Shown here in pieces: positions 12,381-26,500 of a stretch of 64,000 bases of DNA. The DNA is from Peribolospora baueri (lineage: Eukaryota). The stretch lies in the NCBI GenBank assembly GCA_029717555.1, contig JAMDHS010000014.1, forward strand, positions 248,001-312,000. Reading direction: 5' to 3'. The position numbers and the translations under genes are program-made. The notes beneath the pieces are model-generated. The model made no database searches and was not told the DNA's origin. It saw only the letters and a program-made list of their open reading frames with translations. Numbering within the stretch: the first letter of the stretch is position 1; every line of letters begins with the position of its first letter.

Positions 12381-15300
12381 TCATGTAAACAACCCCTCAA
12401 TATAAGCCTGATAGTCAAACGCTCGTCCGGCCGCCCCTTCCCCGCCGTCCGCCGACTCGTCTGGAGCACCGCCACCACCATTCAACGACGCGGCGCCCAG
12501 AGGCACCTCCGGCATGGCCATTTTGAGATATTCGATCGAGCCCGCGGGAAGGAGAGCGTGCCGGAGGTCGAGCTCGGTTACGTAGGGCTGTGTTTGAGTG
12601 ACATACAAAGACTGAGTACCTCCGTTTGCCGTCATCGGAATCGCACGCTTCACTCTCGCGACTTGTTCAGACGCAAGGTGAGGACGTAGAACACAGAGAT
12701 AAAAACGCACCTTATCTCCTGCCATAGCCCTGAAACTGTCCAACAACTGCTCCGGAGAAGTGGTGTCCTCGGTAATCTCCACTAGGAAACTGATAAAGGC
12801 CTCGAAGTTGACGACGCCGAAGTCGGCCGAGAGCTGGGAGTGAATGAGCTCCACGTCGCTGTCCTGTTGGCGGGAGTGCAGCGTCATCGATAGACAGTTA
12901 GCGGTGGCTGGTTGGACACAGCCAAGCCGGAGGAGGCAAACAACCACTCACGGGATAAACAATGCCCAGGCTGGCCAGAGCGGCGCCGAATTCAGGTACT
13001 TCGAGCGTGTTGCTCTCGTCCTTGTCGAAGTAGCGGAACGTGCTCTCGAACTCTTCTAGCTGTGCCGGTGTGAGGTTGGTGTGTTGGCGAGAGACGATCT
13101 ATTGCGCGACGGCAGGGCCAAACATTTCTTGGTTCATCAGAGATAAACTCCAAGGCTTGTTTGTTCGTCTGCAACGAGTAGACACAGATTCTGCCCACCT
13201 GGTTCTCAATAAACGCCACCCGCCTGTTGACTTGCCCCCGAACGAGCTCAAGCTCGAAGCGGAGGTCGTCCAAAGTAAACACGGTGTAATCGTTCTCCTC
13301 TACATTCGCCTCCTCGCATTCCTGGTTCACTGCCTCCACCTCCTCCAGCGACGCCGCCAGTGGTGCCAAGCGTGTAAGGAGCGCCTTGGCCGCATCGAGT
13401 TGGTCCTGGGATCAGAATGGGACAAACAATGTATCGACGATCAAAAACGAGCAGCGTAGCAAAACCAGAGAGGTCAAGCTCGTCTCGCTCACCTCTAACA
13501 GCCCGTCCAAGGCGGACAACAAGGAGCTCACGTCCCTTAATCGTAGCTCGAAGTCGTTCGCAAGAAGCGCGAACCGTTTCCTCAACGCTTCCTTGATGCT
13601 GAAAAGAGTTCGTTTGTCCGATAGAAGGGGAAGTGAAAAAAGGTCAGCTGCGTCATCTCAGTTGCAAATCTTTGCATCTCTTCGACCTCCATTCACCCAC
13701 TTTCGAATTTCCGCATTGATACTCCTACTCCTCCCGGCCTCAGACGCCACCAGCTCCATCCAAACCGCCTCGAGGTCCGCTAAGCCGAGACCGTTAGGTG
13801 GCTCATAAGGCCGAATACCATATGTCTTGAGCTTAGTCTGCACGTTTCTCAACAGCGCCGCCAGCTCGCTCTTCTCGGCCACCCACGCACGCTTCTGAGT
13901 GCGCTTGTAGTCATTGAACTCTTGGCTTTGCCGTTTCGCGTCTGCGTATGTCCCGTCGAAGGCCGAGGAGCGCCAGAGAGATTGGATGGAAAGGAGGGCG
14001 GAGAGGAGCTGCAGAGGAAAGGGAGACGAATGCGACAATGGACAGGCATGGTCGCTCAAGTTAATCGCTTTCTTTGAAGGACGCAGCAACTGTGACGATT
14101 CACCTCGCGCATCCGCCGTTCATAGTCATTCTGTGCGGACCAAGCGCTCTGCATGACCTCAGCGAAGGTGGCCACCCTCCTCGACACCGTCTCGGCTTGT
14201 TCCATGGATGAGAAGGCGTGGAAGTACTGAGCGACGTAGGTCATTACGGAACGCTCGTCCGGCTTAGATACGTCCACTAGGTCTTCCACGTCCAGAAGTT
14301 GCTGTATTCAGTCGGGCGTTGTAAAAAGAAGGACATGTCAGGCGTCAGCCCTGTGAGGAGATGTCGAGTTTGAGTTTGCGGCGAACAGGCGCACCCACCG
14401 GGATACCGAGATGTTCCTCCGCGACTTGGAAAGCTAGCTTGGTATTGCCGTGAGCGTCGGCTTTGTTAAGTCTTTCGTAGTCTAGGAGATCGGGGCGATG
14501 ACGGTGGATCAAGGCGCACCTGTAGAAGGGGGCATGGCGAAATAAGCGTCAGCTTCGATTAATCCAGCTTGCGGTATCCTCGACCTTATCGTTTCCCAGC
14601 CTTTTTTTCTACTCACAAAGCCAATCCATCCTTCCAGCTCGTGTTAAAGTTCTGCACCTCCACCTCGGGCCGATATGGCGCTGTCTTTCGTTGACACCAG
14701 AGTAGAAGACCTTCCTTCGCGGTGAGACCCTCCTCGCTGAAGAAGACGAAGACAAGCATATGTCAGCACGCGTGGAGAAAGAAACGACAGTGACGTTCCT
14801 CACTTGATGTCGGCGATGGTGAAGCGAAGAATAAGTGTCCATATCATGCCGAGAATGAGCTTCAAATTGCCGTCGATGATATCTGCAACACAGGGGCGTG
14901 TGGGCAGGGGCACAAGGGCAGACAAGGCGAAAGACATCAACATAGTGTTCAGCGGGGCAGTAGGTTTCAGAAAAAAACGTCCAGACCGGGACGGACTGGC
15001 ACAAATTCGCCCACCTTCCGCGCCCACATTAGTCAATACGACCCCTCGACTCTTGATGAAATCCAGCGCCCGGTTGACGTTCTCGGCCTTTTGGACTCGC
15101 ATTCGTGGGCTGGCGTAGTACCTGCCCAGGGAGACCTGTCCCATGATTTCCTGGTAGATGGGAGGAAATGCAACAGGTGATGGGTGCGAGCACGGGAGCG
15201 AGCAAGTGAGGTTCAAGCGTGCTGTAAGCTTGACGAAAACCCGAGAGACGCCAGCTTCCTCGTTCACACACCATTAACTGAATTAGTTTGACGCCATCAG

Positions 15301-15597
15301 AGAGGTCGGTGGACAGCGAGGTCATGGGCGCGATGCCGCGCGTCTCGAGCTTGGCATTCAGCCTGTGTGGAGCGAGGGCGCAGCGAGAAAGAATGCAAAC
15401 GGACGGGATGGAGAACACGATAAGAATGTCACGACCATGCGGCGTGCACCGACGACATGAAGCCTGATACTAGGTCCCATACATCCTTGCTTCCGCACGC
15501 ACCACTTGTTAAACGTTTTTGCCTGCACCTCCTCCCAACCGCGATCCGCGTCCGGAAACCCCTTCGCGGACATAGTGGAGAAGCGTTTGGAGGCCAT
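12381..15597 (-). CDS. ain1: Alpha-actinin (fungal Ain1 type; CH-CH, spectrin repeats, EF-hand-like C-terminus)
   Basis: [89 protein letters not shown]-terminal [23 protein letters not shown]. Confidence 0.93.
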
Positions 15598-16164
15598 GGT
15601 TTGTGTCTCCTTGAGGGCCGACGGACGAGCGCACGCACGCAACGAGGTGGACCAAATTTATGAATGGACAACAAGGACTGGGGGAACAACGGTTGGGCGA
15701 GAGGAAAGTCGCGCCCTCACGGCGTCGTCGTCTACTTAGGGTCTGTCCGTCGCCCGAGCAGCGGTGTTGTGTACGTCTGTCTGAGCGAGCCCAAACTGAG
15801 ACGTCGAGGGACGGGGCCAGCCGACAAGCGGGCGAAAAGCACCTTCAAGAAGCTTGGAGGCAAGTGGGCGTGAGAACGATGCCCGAAAGAGGAGGAGGAG
15901 GCTGTGGGGCAAAACAAATCAGAACAAACGAACGACCTGGTCTCCCTTTTCGCTCGCTCGTTACGACGGCCGACCAACTCATCTCCGGACGGACGGAGGT
16001 TGAACGCGCGCGGGCCCCATGTGCTGCGGCGACACGTGGCCAACCCTACCCCTCCGATCTCCAAAATTTCCTGGGCATGAAAAGGAAATGTCGATAATCG
16101 CAAGTGGACGTCGCCGACCAGCTCAAGCATGGTATCGAAAAGTGAGCTGAGCTGAGTCGAAAAG

Positions 16165-16742
16165 ATGGCCCCCGCGGACCAGGAAGAGGATTTAACGAGT
16201 GAGTGACGTTGACCTCCGCTCACTCCTCTCCCATATCTGTAACAGAACGCCAGCGGCGACAGCAGGACCCGGAACCGCTGATCGAAATTGGCCGACGAGG
16301 TCAGTTAGGAAGGGACTCCTTCAGGCGGATTGCAGAAGGCGAATAAGAGACTGAATCATCGCTTTTCTCCCGTCATCGCACTCTAGACGCCACTCTTTCC
16401 GGCCGAGAGCGAGTAGCCCAACATCTAGCCGAGCAGGCGGCTCGATCCCAAGGCGCATCTTCCTCTGTTTCCGGCCCCACTTCCCTTCTTGACGACCCCT
16501 CGCTTGCTTTGTTTGACGTCGCCGAGGCGTCTGTTTCCTCCGGGACGGCAGGAGCTCCTCCTCACGCGAACCCTAATCCCAATGCGCCGAAGCGCAAACC
16601 TTCGAACCGCAAGAAGCTGAGCTCAAAGGAAGCCAGACAGAGGATGGAGAGGGCGGTGGAGAATGCAGATAAACTGGAGAGGAAGAGGGATGTTGTGCAG
16701 GGTAGACGGCAGAGGAAGGAGGCAGCAAAGGCGTTGTGGTGA
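16165..16742 (+). CDS. Small basic protein, possibly Alb1/Ecm1-like ribosome biogenesis factor
   Basis: A three-exon model reads through in frame (MAPADQEEDLTKRQRR...DATLSGRERVAQHLA...). The C-terminus KKLSSKEARQRMERAVENADKLERKRDVVQGRRQRKEAAKALW resembles the Alb1 family from memory. Confidence 0.45.
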
Positions 16743-17035
16743 CGAGAAGAGCAGGAAGAGGCCGAGCGGCTTGCTGGAGAGGAGGGTAGTAGGAGGGATT
16801 TGGTGGCGTCCTCTCAATCATCCATGCATGCTTTCGATATCTTTTCTTATTTGGCCATGCCCTGACTACGCCTCAGGTTGTACAAGGTTCTTCTCGCACA
16901 TACACAGTCCACCATAGAGCCGCCTCGTCTCGCTGCTTGGTTTTCTTCTTCTTCTCTACTTGTATTGATTGTTTGATCGCATGCGCTTCCGACATCCTCT
17001 AGCATGGCCACCCACACCTGAATTTCGATTCAAAT

Positions 17036-18195
17036 TTACTCCGACTTCTTCTCGGCCTCCTTGACCACCTTCTTCGGGTCGCTCTCCACCTCACCGTCCT
17101 TGCTCACCTCGACAGCAGTGGAGAACTTGGTGTTGTCGGTGGACTTGCCAGTGAAGGACTGTGTCGATGTTCGCGGGATCGCGATGGAGGATAAATGAGA
17201 AAGAATGAAGGAAAGGGATGGGCGTACGGACCGGGGTCGATCCCAAGCGTCTTTCGTTTGCTCACTCACCTCGTCGCTCTGAGTGCTATCGTTCTTCTTC
17301 TCGTCTCCCTGCTCCTTGTCCTCTCCGCCAGCCTGTGCCGCGGTGATGATGGTAGGGAAGGTGGTCGTCAATTGCGCATTCCGAACGTGACGACCGAAGC
17401 AGAGCAAAAAGGAAAGAACGTGAAACAATGCCAGAAGGCATGAGTCGAATCGGGCTAAGAACGAACGAGCTCTAGCCGCTGAAATCGGCATCGACCCGCG
17501 ATCGAACCGAGAGGATCGATGACTGCGGCGGCAGGCACGGCTTAGCAAAGAGCAGCGCAAAGCGCCTGAGAGAAGTTCAGCGCACCTCTTCGGGCTTGTC
17601 CTCCTTCTCAGATTCCGTCGTCGACTGCTCCTGCTGCTGCTCTTCTTCTTTCTCAGCTGGCGCTTCCTCTTCCTCTCCCTTGGCCTGTTCCTGCTCCTCC
17701 TTCTTCGCTACATTGGCATGGCTCTCCTCCTTGTGTCCGCCGTTGTAGTGGGTCTTCGCCTTGGACGGAGGCGCCGTGAGGTAGATGAAAGTGGAGCCAA
17801 ACACGAGGAGCGAGGCGAGCTGCGGGCAAGTAACGTATGGGTTGAATCGAGAAATGGGGTCAACGTCGTCTCCAATAAGATGGGCGCTGGCAAGCATTGG
17901 GGCCATCCATCCGTGGCCCTTTCTTCACTCGCAAGCGTCCCAATGACCCGTCGCGCAACGCACGGTCTACCGATCGAACCGCCTCACTCTGAAAGAAGAA
18001 GCGAAGATCACTTACAGCCCAAGGTACATCGCTACCCTTCTTGGCAGCGTGCTTTGCGGCATCCGTCGCAGAGGCGTATGTCCTGCGCTGGAAAGACACG
18101 CGGACCCCGGCACAAGCGCCCGTGCCAGTGGTGGCGCGAGCACGAGCGATGGCTCGGAGGGAAGACGTGGCGAAGCGGTTAGAGGCGAAGGACAT
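17036..18195 (-). CDS. Uncharacterised single-pass, probably mitochondrial protein
   Basis: Arg-rich presequence ending RRTYAS, then KGSDVPWA/LASLLVFGSTFIYL (TM segment) and an acidic/charged tail; canonical introns. Confidence 0.65.
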
Positions 18196-19461
18196 CTTGA
18201 AGGAAGCGGGGTGGGCGGGAGAGCGAGATAAAATGGTGAGCGCCGAGTGCAGAAGGAGGGAGGCGAGGGCGTCAGCCAGAGGGGAAAGGGAAGGAGACGG
18301 AGACGAGGTCAGCTTGATATGGCAGAAAGTGCGGAGATGCGACCGATGTCGAGAATCTACATGGACCGCTGATCACTCGACGTCGATCGATCAACGTCCA
18401 GCTGACATGTCAGGCGTCCGCTCGGCGATCGAAAAGGGCTCGTCCACTCACCTCGAACAGAGAGGAGGTTAGCGTGCTGAACACGACCGAGAACGTGTAG
18501 AGCTGCGATGAGGACGCGAGCGACGGCTCTGTCTGTCTGTCTGTCTGTCTGTGAGCCAGTGATGATGGCGAGAAGGAGGGAAAGGCGGATAGAGGCTGGC
18601 CGATACTTGTTTCCTTCCTCCTTCCGGCTTAGGCCGAGCGACAGCCGGCGCGCTGATTCCGATCGGCCGTCGATCGAAGGAACGGGCAGGACAGTCGGCG
18701 ACTGACCCACGCGACCCGCCTCCGAGCGGTTTTCGCTTTTCGCCTTGGCATAAGGGGCCCTCTACTCTATCTTCCCCAGATCCTACGTGTGAGGTGCCTC
18801 ATTGCCTGCTGATGGAGCAGTCGCTGTGCCTCTGTCGGCGCTTGTTGGGCACTAGCGCGTGTGAGTGTCCACTGGATCAGCAAGACAGACAGGCGTTGAC
18901 GGCGACGAAAGCCAATGGATTCCGGGACTCATGGTCGGCCAGGGCGTCTTGGGCGCCACCACCTCGCGCTCCCGAATGGTCCCTCGCCCAGCGCGAGGAA
19001 GGAGCGTCGCGAAAACGTCGTTCGTCTTCTACACATCATGACATGGACACGAATGAGAGAGCTTCTCGAGGCAAGGGGCCCGTTCGAGAAGGGAAAGGGG
19101 CGACAAGAGAAAGAGAAGCCACCGTGGAAAGGGCGAGGACAGATAGACGGCCAAGGATGGCGTGCGACGTGCATAAACATGTGCGCCAGGCGTTACATTC
19201 GGTTACGTTCAAATGTACGGGAGCATTGGTCGTGAGGAGTCAGTCAGAACAGGTCAGGATTGTGGAGATGAGAATGGACAGGTGCGCTCGGCTGAGTTGA
19301 CGTCGGATAACAGGAGGAGGGAGGATTCCGTAGGCGAGATACATGGTCAAGCAAGGGCTGTGGCCCGAGGTGCGAAGGACGAGAGTGAGGGAGGGTATCG
19401 CGCGCTGCGGGGGTCCAGTGCCGAATAGCGGAAGGGAGGAGGGAGATGGGGGCTCCGCTGC

Positions 19462-20512
19462 TTAGAAGGTTGAGCGGGAGACCTTTTCGAGCACTGCGAG
19501 GCGTCATATAGGAGAGAACGTAAATTGTCAGCACCCTGGTCGGCTCAACCGCTCCTGGCACGGAACACGAGCAACCGCCACCCCGCTCCAAATGACGCGC
19601 TGATATCCTCCGCCTACCACATCCTCGTATCATGCCACAGCAACCCTGACCGTTCGTATGATCGACTCGTTCATGGCATCGAAACTCACCAGTCTCGTAC
19701 GCAACCTCGCTGTAATCAGTGCCCTGGATCTCGGCGGAGACGCCGACGAGCGCGCGGCGAAGAGCGTCCTTGGACGAGGCAAAGACCATCTTCTGCTTGA
19801 CCTTCGAGTCGTCAGGGGACCTACGGAGCGGCAGCACAAAGTAGGCCGAGCAATACGCAGTTAGCCACAAAGAATCCATCATGGGTGACTATAGGCAGCC
19901 GATATTACGGCGAGGGGGAGATTCTCGGCAGCCGAGACGAGAACGAAAACGAACAAGTGTGGGGTGGATGTCCCCGAACTCTGCCCATTGATGCAGCCAC
20001 AATTGCCAATATCGCTTCCAGACATCTCTGACCACCTCGCACCCCCGACGAAACAACTGCGGGCACTCACCAGGTGAAGAAGCAGATCTTGTTCCTCTTT
20101 CCCTCGCCGCCCTTGTCGTAGTCAAAGTCGTAGATAGCGTAGAGGCACTCCGCGTCAGGGAACTCGGCGATGAAGTCGTCGTAGTTTTGGCTGTCGCTCT
20201 TCTTCTGCACCACGATCTCGGTGTTGTCCTTCGAGAGGGTGTAGATGATGTACTTGACCTTCTTGCCCAGCTTGAGCTCCTGGAACGCCTCAAGGCACTC
20301 CTGGTTCACCTTGACACCAGAAGCCTACGGGATGTGGATCGGGAACAAAGTACCAAAATAGGAGAACATCAGCAATACTTGTAGCGGATTTCAAAGACAA
20401 TGATGACGTCTATCGAGCGGCTGCGAATGCTCAATAATCCTCCGACCGGCCGCAGAGATACGTAAACACGGTGAAGCTTCGTGGCCCAGAGCCTGCGTCA
20501 TTGACTCACCAT
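19462..20512 (-). CDS. COF1: Cofilin / actin-depolymerising factor
   Basis: ATG-only first exon; [28 protein letters not shown]...[48 protein letters not shown]...[22 protein letters not shown]. Confidence 0.96.
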
Positions 20513-21599
20513 GGCTGATCGGTCTGAGAAAGAGAGAAAGAGACGTTTGCGGGGACGAGTGAAGGAGAGAACAGGTGATCGAAAGAGGTCCCAAAAGGCA
20601 CAGGTAGGCTGAGATAGAGTGTGGAAGACGGATGGAGGACGGAAATGACGAGGCAGGGGCGTCCGCGCTGGAAGCCGACGACGCACCGCCGCCCAGAATG
20701 AGGCGAGACCTGAGGGTAGGGTTATAAACTGCAAGTGTCATCACGTGCATCCGCCGCAGCGACGCCTGGGCTGGTCGCGCGGGCGGGCGCACCGGAAAGA
20801 GCTACGTAGGACGCAGACTCATCCGTGAGGCAGGTTCGACGAGATGGCTGTAATCCAGGGCGTGTGGATAGAGAGCCATCATCGGACGTCGCCGAAGGAG
20901 GAAGCATGGGAACGCCGAGACCGTCGAGCATAGGAGACACGTCCTGATGTAAAGGAAGGAGCGCAGGGCGACGGCTCCTGAGTGGTCTGTCTCATAAATC
21001 TAGCTTGCCTCCTACGTCCATACGCTGCTCAGTCAGTCGTCGCCTTCGGACTTGGGGATTCCGAGAGCTTCGGCTGCACATCGTTCTTGACCTGCAGATG
21101 TCGGCGGCCTGCGCGCTGGCGACGGGGACGGGGACGGATGGGCTCCCTACGTCACCGCGCATCTGCGCGCATCGCCAGCACGCTGCCGTTGCGTCTGTTC
21201 TCTTCGAGTGCATGCGAGGATGAGCTCGCCCGTGCCGAACAAAAAAAAATCCTCGGCACGTTGCGAAAAAGGCTCTAGTGCGCTTTCGGGACGACAGCCG
21301 AAAACGACACGACACGAAAAAGGAAGACAGACCTCCACAGGTGCGACTGCGACTGCGGCAGCCTGGGCGATCGGCGAGGGGGCGGCCTGGCCGTCATAGA
21401 AGCGCTTAATCCACTCGTCTCCGTCTCGGCGTCCATCTCGCACACAGCCTGGAGCGACGTTGGTCGGACACACGGCTTGACCGATCTTGAACCGCTTCCA
21501 CACACTCATCCACCCTCGACCAACTCTCTCCGCCCCCGCTCCCCTCCTCAACGCCCCAACCGGCAGCCCCGGACTCTTTCTGATTCGGTTCCGGCAGTC

Positions 21600-22230
21600 A
21601 TGGCTTCTACCAACGCCGCTGTGAGTCTCCCCTTTGCTCATCGACCTGCAGTTCGCTTTTTCGTCGTCGATCCTGTGCAGCTCACCGCCGTCTCCTTCAG
21701 CAGCAGAGCGCCGGAGGCTCTTCGTTTTCTGCCACGTCTCCTGCGGTCGCCGACGTGATCGACATGGATATCTTCGGCCAGCTCCTTGAGATGGATGAAG
21801 AAGATGACCACGATTTCAGCAAGGGGATCGTATGGAACTATTTTGACCAGGCCGAGAGCACGTTTGAGAAGATGGACAAGGCGCTGTGAGTATCGCCCAT
21901 GGGACTGCGCTGGCTCCATTAGTCACGCCGCCTCACCTCGTCTCTGACCCTCCGGTCTTTTCCAGCGACTTGCACGACCTGCCTCAGCTTTCGACGCTTG
22001 GCCACTTCCTCAAGGGCTCCTCAGCAGCCGTTGGAGTGATCCACGTGCGGGATAGCTGTGAGCTGATGCAGCACTACGGCAGCAAGAAGGACGGCGACGG
22101 CCTAACGACCCTTTCGGAGGAGGAGGCGACGAAACGTCTCACCACCTTGCTCGAGAAGGTCAAGAAGCAGTATCGGGAGGCAGAGGGTGTTTTGAAAGAC
22201 TTCTACGTCGTCGATGAGGGCAGCGGTTGA
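21600..22230 (+). CDS. YPD1: Histidine phosphotransfer (HPt) protein
   Basis: IDMDIFGQLLEMDEEDDHDFSKGIVWNYFDQAESTFEKM...LSTLGHFLKGSSAAVGV...DSCELMQHYG, containing the HFLKGSS phospho-His motif. Confidence 0.93.
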
Positions 22231-23193
22231 TCGGATCATACCCACAGCACACCCAAGCATCCATGACGCTCGTTTTCTGTCCGGCCCGTGCGCATGTCTT
22301 CGAATGTAGCAGCATCGTTTCCCCCCCGTTAGTCAGAGCGTCTACCCATCCCTCGTTCTCTTGCGTTCGTTTCCATGTAACCGCAAGCGCAGGCCGTCCG
22401 TCTGTTTTTGTCTCCCTCCCTCCCTCCTTTCCTCCTTCTCTCACGTTCCTTGTTCTAACGTCTCCTTCTTATGTTCTCCACCACGTGGCTAGTTGCCTTT
22501 GTCTTTCGACGTACAATCACGAGCACCTCAGCGAGTCGACACGAATGCACTCGAACGAGCCTGACTTGCGTCGTATCATCCATCTGCGGATTCCGGCGGG
22601 CTCGGAAAACGATCGGACTGGTGGCGGGCATCGGCTCAAGTTCGTAAAGCGGAGCACCCCCGATGACTTTTTCAGTCCCGCAGGATGCGGGGTCGGTAAA
22701 TGGGGCTGAATCTGAGGTACGTGCGGTCACTCTTTAAGAGTTTTGCGTCCTATGCTGGGGTGAGCAGAGCTTTCCGCAAGGCGTCTGTATACCGGTGCAA
22801 AGGACAGGCTAGTAGGGCGAACCAAAGAGGGGAAACGAAATGAGGATAGAGAAGTACAAATCGGCGAAAGCGATCGAGGAAATGCTCCGGGTGTTAAATT
22901 TGGAAGGAGCGGAGCGCACAACGCCAGCGAGCTTGCAATTAAACGCTCGCCATCCCTCCCTCCCACCACCATTCCCATTTCTTTCCCTCTCGACCCACCT
23001 TCCTTCCTCCATCGCTCCCTTCCAGCAGATTTTTCTCTTCCTCCTCCTCCGACGAAGGCCAGCGCAACGCCCCCATCGTCGCTTCGTTGGCACGTACGCA
23101 TGAAACTTCTTGGAGAGCCGAGCCGCAGACCAGACTGGCCTCCTTCCAATCCAGCCAGCTCTTCGTAGGTTTCCGGAGGGCCAGCAGTCTACG

Positions 23194-26100
23194 ATGGCGA
23201 ATCACCTTCGCAGCACCTCTCTCTCCCTGTCCACCACCCACGCTTCCCCCCGCTTCGGTAGTCAGCCGTCCCCCCCGCCTCTGCCTACCCCGAGCACCAC
23301 CCCCACTCCTCCCAGCGGAGCTTCCCTTTCCTCGGATCAACTGCCCATGATCGGCGGCACTCAGACTATGATGGCGCGTATCTTCAGGGGAGGCCGACGG
23401 AATCGTGCGCTGCTCCTTCTTGCCGCGCTCGTCGCTGTGGGCTTCATCTTTCTATTGAGCTATGCAGACCCCCACCGCTGGTCGGACTCGAGAAGGGCAG
23501 CGGGGAGCTTCGTGCTCGAATGGGCCAAGCACAGCTGGCGATCCGGTGCGGTCACCCAGACGTCCAGCGTCGATCGAGGATCGGCGTCGACCGAAGGAGG
23601 GCACACGGGCGACGGTGCTGTTCCAGGCGAGGCGGAGCTCAGGCCAGCGAACGTCGGCCAGGATTTCCTGTCCACTCTCGCCGACTCTGCCTCTGTGATA
23701 AAGCTTTTGAGCGATGCCAAAGGGGATGAACGATTAAGGGCGCTGCTTTTCGAACGTCCGGGACCCTGCGATCCCTCTCTGCTGCATGCCCTCGACCCGC
23801 AGCTCGGCGTATCGCATCAAGATGCCGCGAAGGATGCACTCAACGGCTCTGCAAATCAGACTTCCCCACCCTCGTTTTCCACCCTCGCCCAGTCTCGTCT
23901 TCGGGTGTTCCTGCGCCCGCGGTACGTAGCCCGGCCGTTAGACGACGGCAGCGGCATTGAGATCTTTTCGGACGAACCTTTCCTTCCCGGCGGTCTGGAG
24001 AGCTGTCGATCCATACCGGTTCCTATTCATGACACACCTTGGGAGCCAGCGAAGGAGGGCGATGCTGGTCATCCTCCCTCTGGTCCGCTTGACGGAAAGA
24101 TCACTCACCCTCCACCCCCGCCCTCGCATGCTTGGGCCGCCGGCGCGGGCCCCTTTTCGGGCCAGGCCACTTGGCAAAACCCCACCCACCCTTCTGCTTC
24201 TGAACCCCACCTGCCGTCCTACTTCTTGGGCGCTTTCCTCTCTCCTTCCGACCGCGCGCGACTGCAGCAAGACCACATGGCTCCTACCCTTCGCTCCTTT
24301 TCCTTTGTTCCGTCGTCCGCTCTCTCGCCTGATCCTCTAACCGATCCGCAATCGTGGGATATTGGCTCGTTCGGCAACCCCATGTCTTCCCCGATGATCG
24401 CGCCCTTGCTGTCCGTTCCGCCTCCCCGTCGAAGACACCCCGTCGAAGCTGCCGACATACTCTACGCCCGGGCTCAAACTGTGGACGGCCTCCTCCTCAC
24501 CGAACCCATGTTCGCCCGCTTCATGGACTACAACCAAAGCGCGATCGTCATCCTCGCTCCTGTCGATCCCAATGACGACGAACCGGCTCGCGAGAGGGAT
24601 CGCGAAGCCCTGCGGCGATTCGACGACTTCACTGAGAAGAAGGGGATGAAGTGGGCGAGCATCGAGCTGAGCGATGTGCGAATGTGGGTCCATCGGTGAG
24701 TGAACAGCGTCAGTTAAGAAGTACTTTTCGTTTTTGAGTGAAGGCGATTTGTTGAGCCGCTCCGTCACTTTCGATATGGCGGTCCACAGATGGTTCCATC
24801 TCGTTCCGACGGCGTGGAGGGCGGCGCAGAAACTTAAACGCAAACCGAAGTGGTTCCAGGTGAGTAGTACGATCGACCGTTGATCGCCTCTTTCCGCCGG
24901 ACGAAGGGCGTATAACTGACAGAGCCTTCCTCTTTTCTTGCAGCTCGCTGACGACGACACGCTGTTCCTTGACAAGCGATATATGTACCGGATGCTGGAG
25001 AAATACAACCCCGAGGAGGATCACATTATCGGTACACCCAAGGAGAGCATGTGCCTGCGCGACCCAGTGTGGGGTTTCACCTACGGCGGCGGAGGTATCT
25101 TTATCAGGTATGTTGCATTCATTTTCTTTCCTTCCGCTTCGGAACGCCTGACCCCGCCTTCGCCTTCTTCTTGAATGTTTATTTTTGAACAGTTATCCTC
25201 TCATGGAGAAAACCTTCCATCTCTGTAAGCGTTTGTCACTACTCGTGAGCGGGATGCCTAGAACCTTGGGTATGGACTGAAGCCTCGAACCATATTGATT
25301 CTCGCAGTTGATGAATGCCACCGAGATTACGCGCCTAGGCTCGAGCGAGACAACTGGGGAGGGGACATCATGGTCGCCGCCTGCGCCGTTCGAGCAATGG
25401 GCTTATCGCTTCCTTTTGGATACGAGATAGAAGAAGGCTTGTGAGTTTTACGGTTGCTTACAAGAAAGGGGTCAAGTCGGATGTATGCAGCCATGCGCCG
25501 TCCCACTCAGCCTCGTCGCTATTCTGCACGTTTGACTCTCAGACACCAGTTTGAAATTGGTGGCGACGTCAGCGGCATGCTCCAAAGCGGCCGAAAATTC
25601 ATTACCATCCACCATTTCTTCACGATGTAAGTCTCTTGCACGTTCTGGGAAGGTTCGCTGTCTGGAGAGCGTGCTAATCGCCCCTACCCTTCCGCTACAG
25701 GTCTCTCTTTTTCCCCCTCTGGCACATGTAAGCTTTTGTCTCTTAAGCGCTTCTCCTTTGGTTGAAACCTTCATTCATTGTGATTCTTTTCTTTTGTTTG
25801 GCTTGCCAATCTGCCCGCATTCGCTTAGTGCTGACGTGAGTTAAGTCGGTACCTCTTCGTTCGTCGGGAGACTCGTCGCTAAACAGTGTCGTATTTTTCG
25901 CATCCTTCACAGCGCCGAGAACATGCCCTGCTCCTGTCCAGAGCGGCTGAAGTGCTTGGCGGAGAAAACATGTTCACCCGTTTTGTCTTTGACAGGTCAG
26001 TTGCTTGCCTTTTTTTTTCCAGTGCTGTACCTGAAAGGATTTCGAAGTACCGCGGGTCTGATAGTTTTCGTGTCCCACAGCGGTCGGACGGTCCTCACGA

Positions 26101-26500
26101 ACGGATACACACTTACCATGTACGCCAACCCTCTGACGCCCGGCGATCTGATGCGAGTCGAGCATACTTGGGACGGACCGGCGTACATGGTCCACCCGGA
26201 ACGCTACGTGACCCGTCCGCGGGTACCGGACGGCGAAAAGACGACGCTATGGCTCAAGAGCGTGAAGCGAGTCCAAGAAGAAGCTTGGGAAAATGGCGAG
26301 GGCAGGTTCGCCATCTTTACGTGAGTCTTTTTGCTGCGGAACAAGATGCTTCGGGAGGACACGATTCAAGACGCATAGCTGATTGACGTCGGTGCTTCCG
26401 TCGGTACAGGTACTCGAACGAAGAACCAGGCAGGCCCCCGCAGGAAATAGAGGTGATCTGGGATGCGGAGATGTTGCTAGCCCAGCGCGGGAGGACGTGA
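23194..26500 (+). CDS. Type II membrane glycosyltransferase, GT31/Fringe-like
   Basis: N-terminal TM (ALLLLAALVAVGFIFLLSY), long Pro-rich stem, then PKWFQLADDDTLF (DxD), YGGGGIFIS, GGDIMVAAC, QFEIGGDVSGML; last exon ends IEVIWDAEMLLAQRGRT*. Confidence 0.8.

Noticed and set aside
15080..15094. TTCTCGGCCTTTTGG, matching the 5' part of U2 snRNA
   Set aside because: It lies antisense within alpha-actinin codons (QKAEN), and the U2 branch-pairing sequence does not follow.
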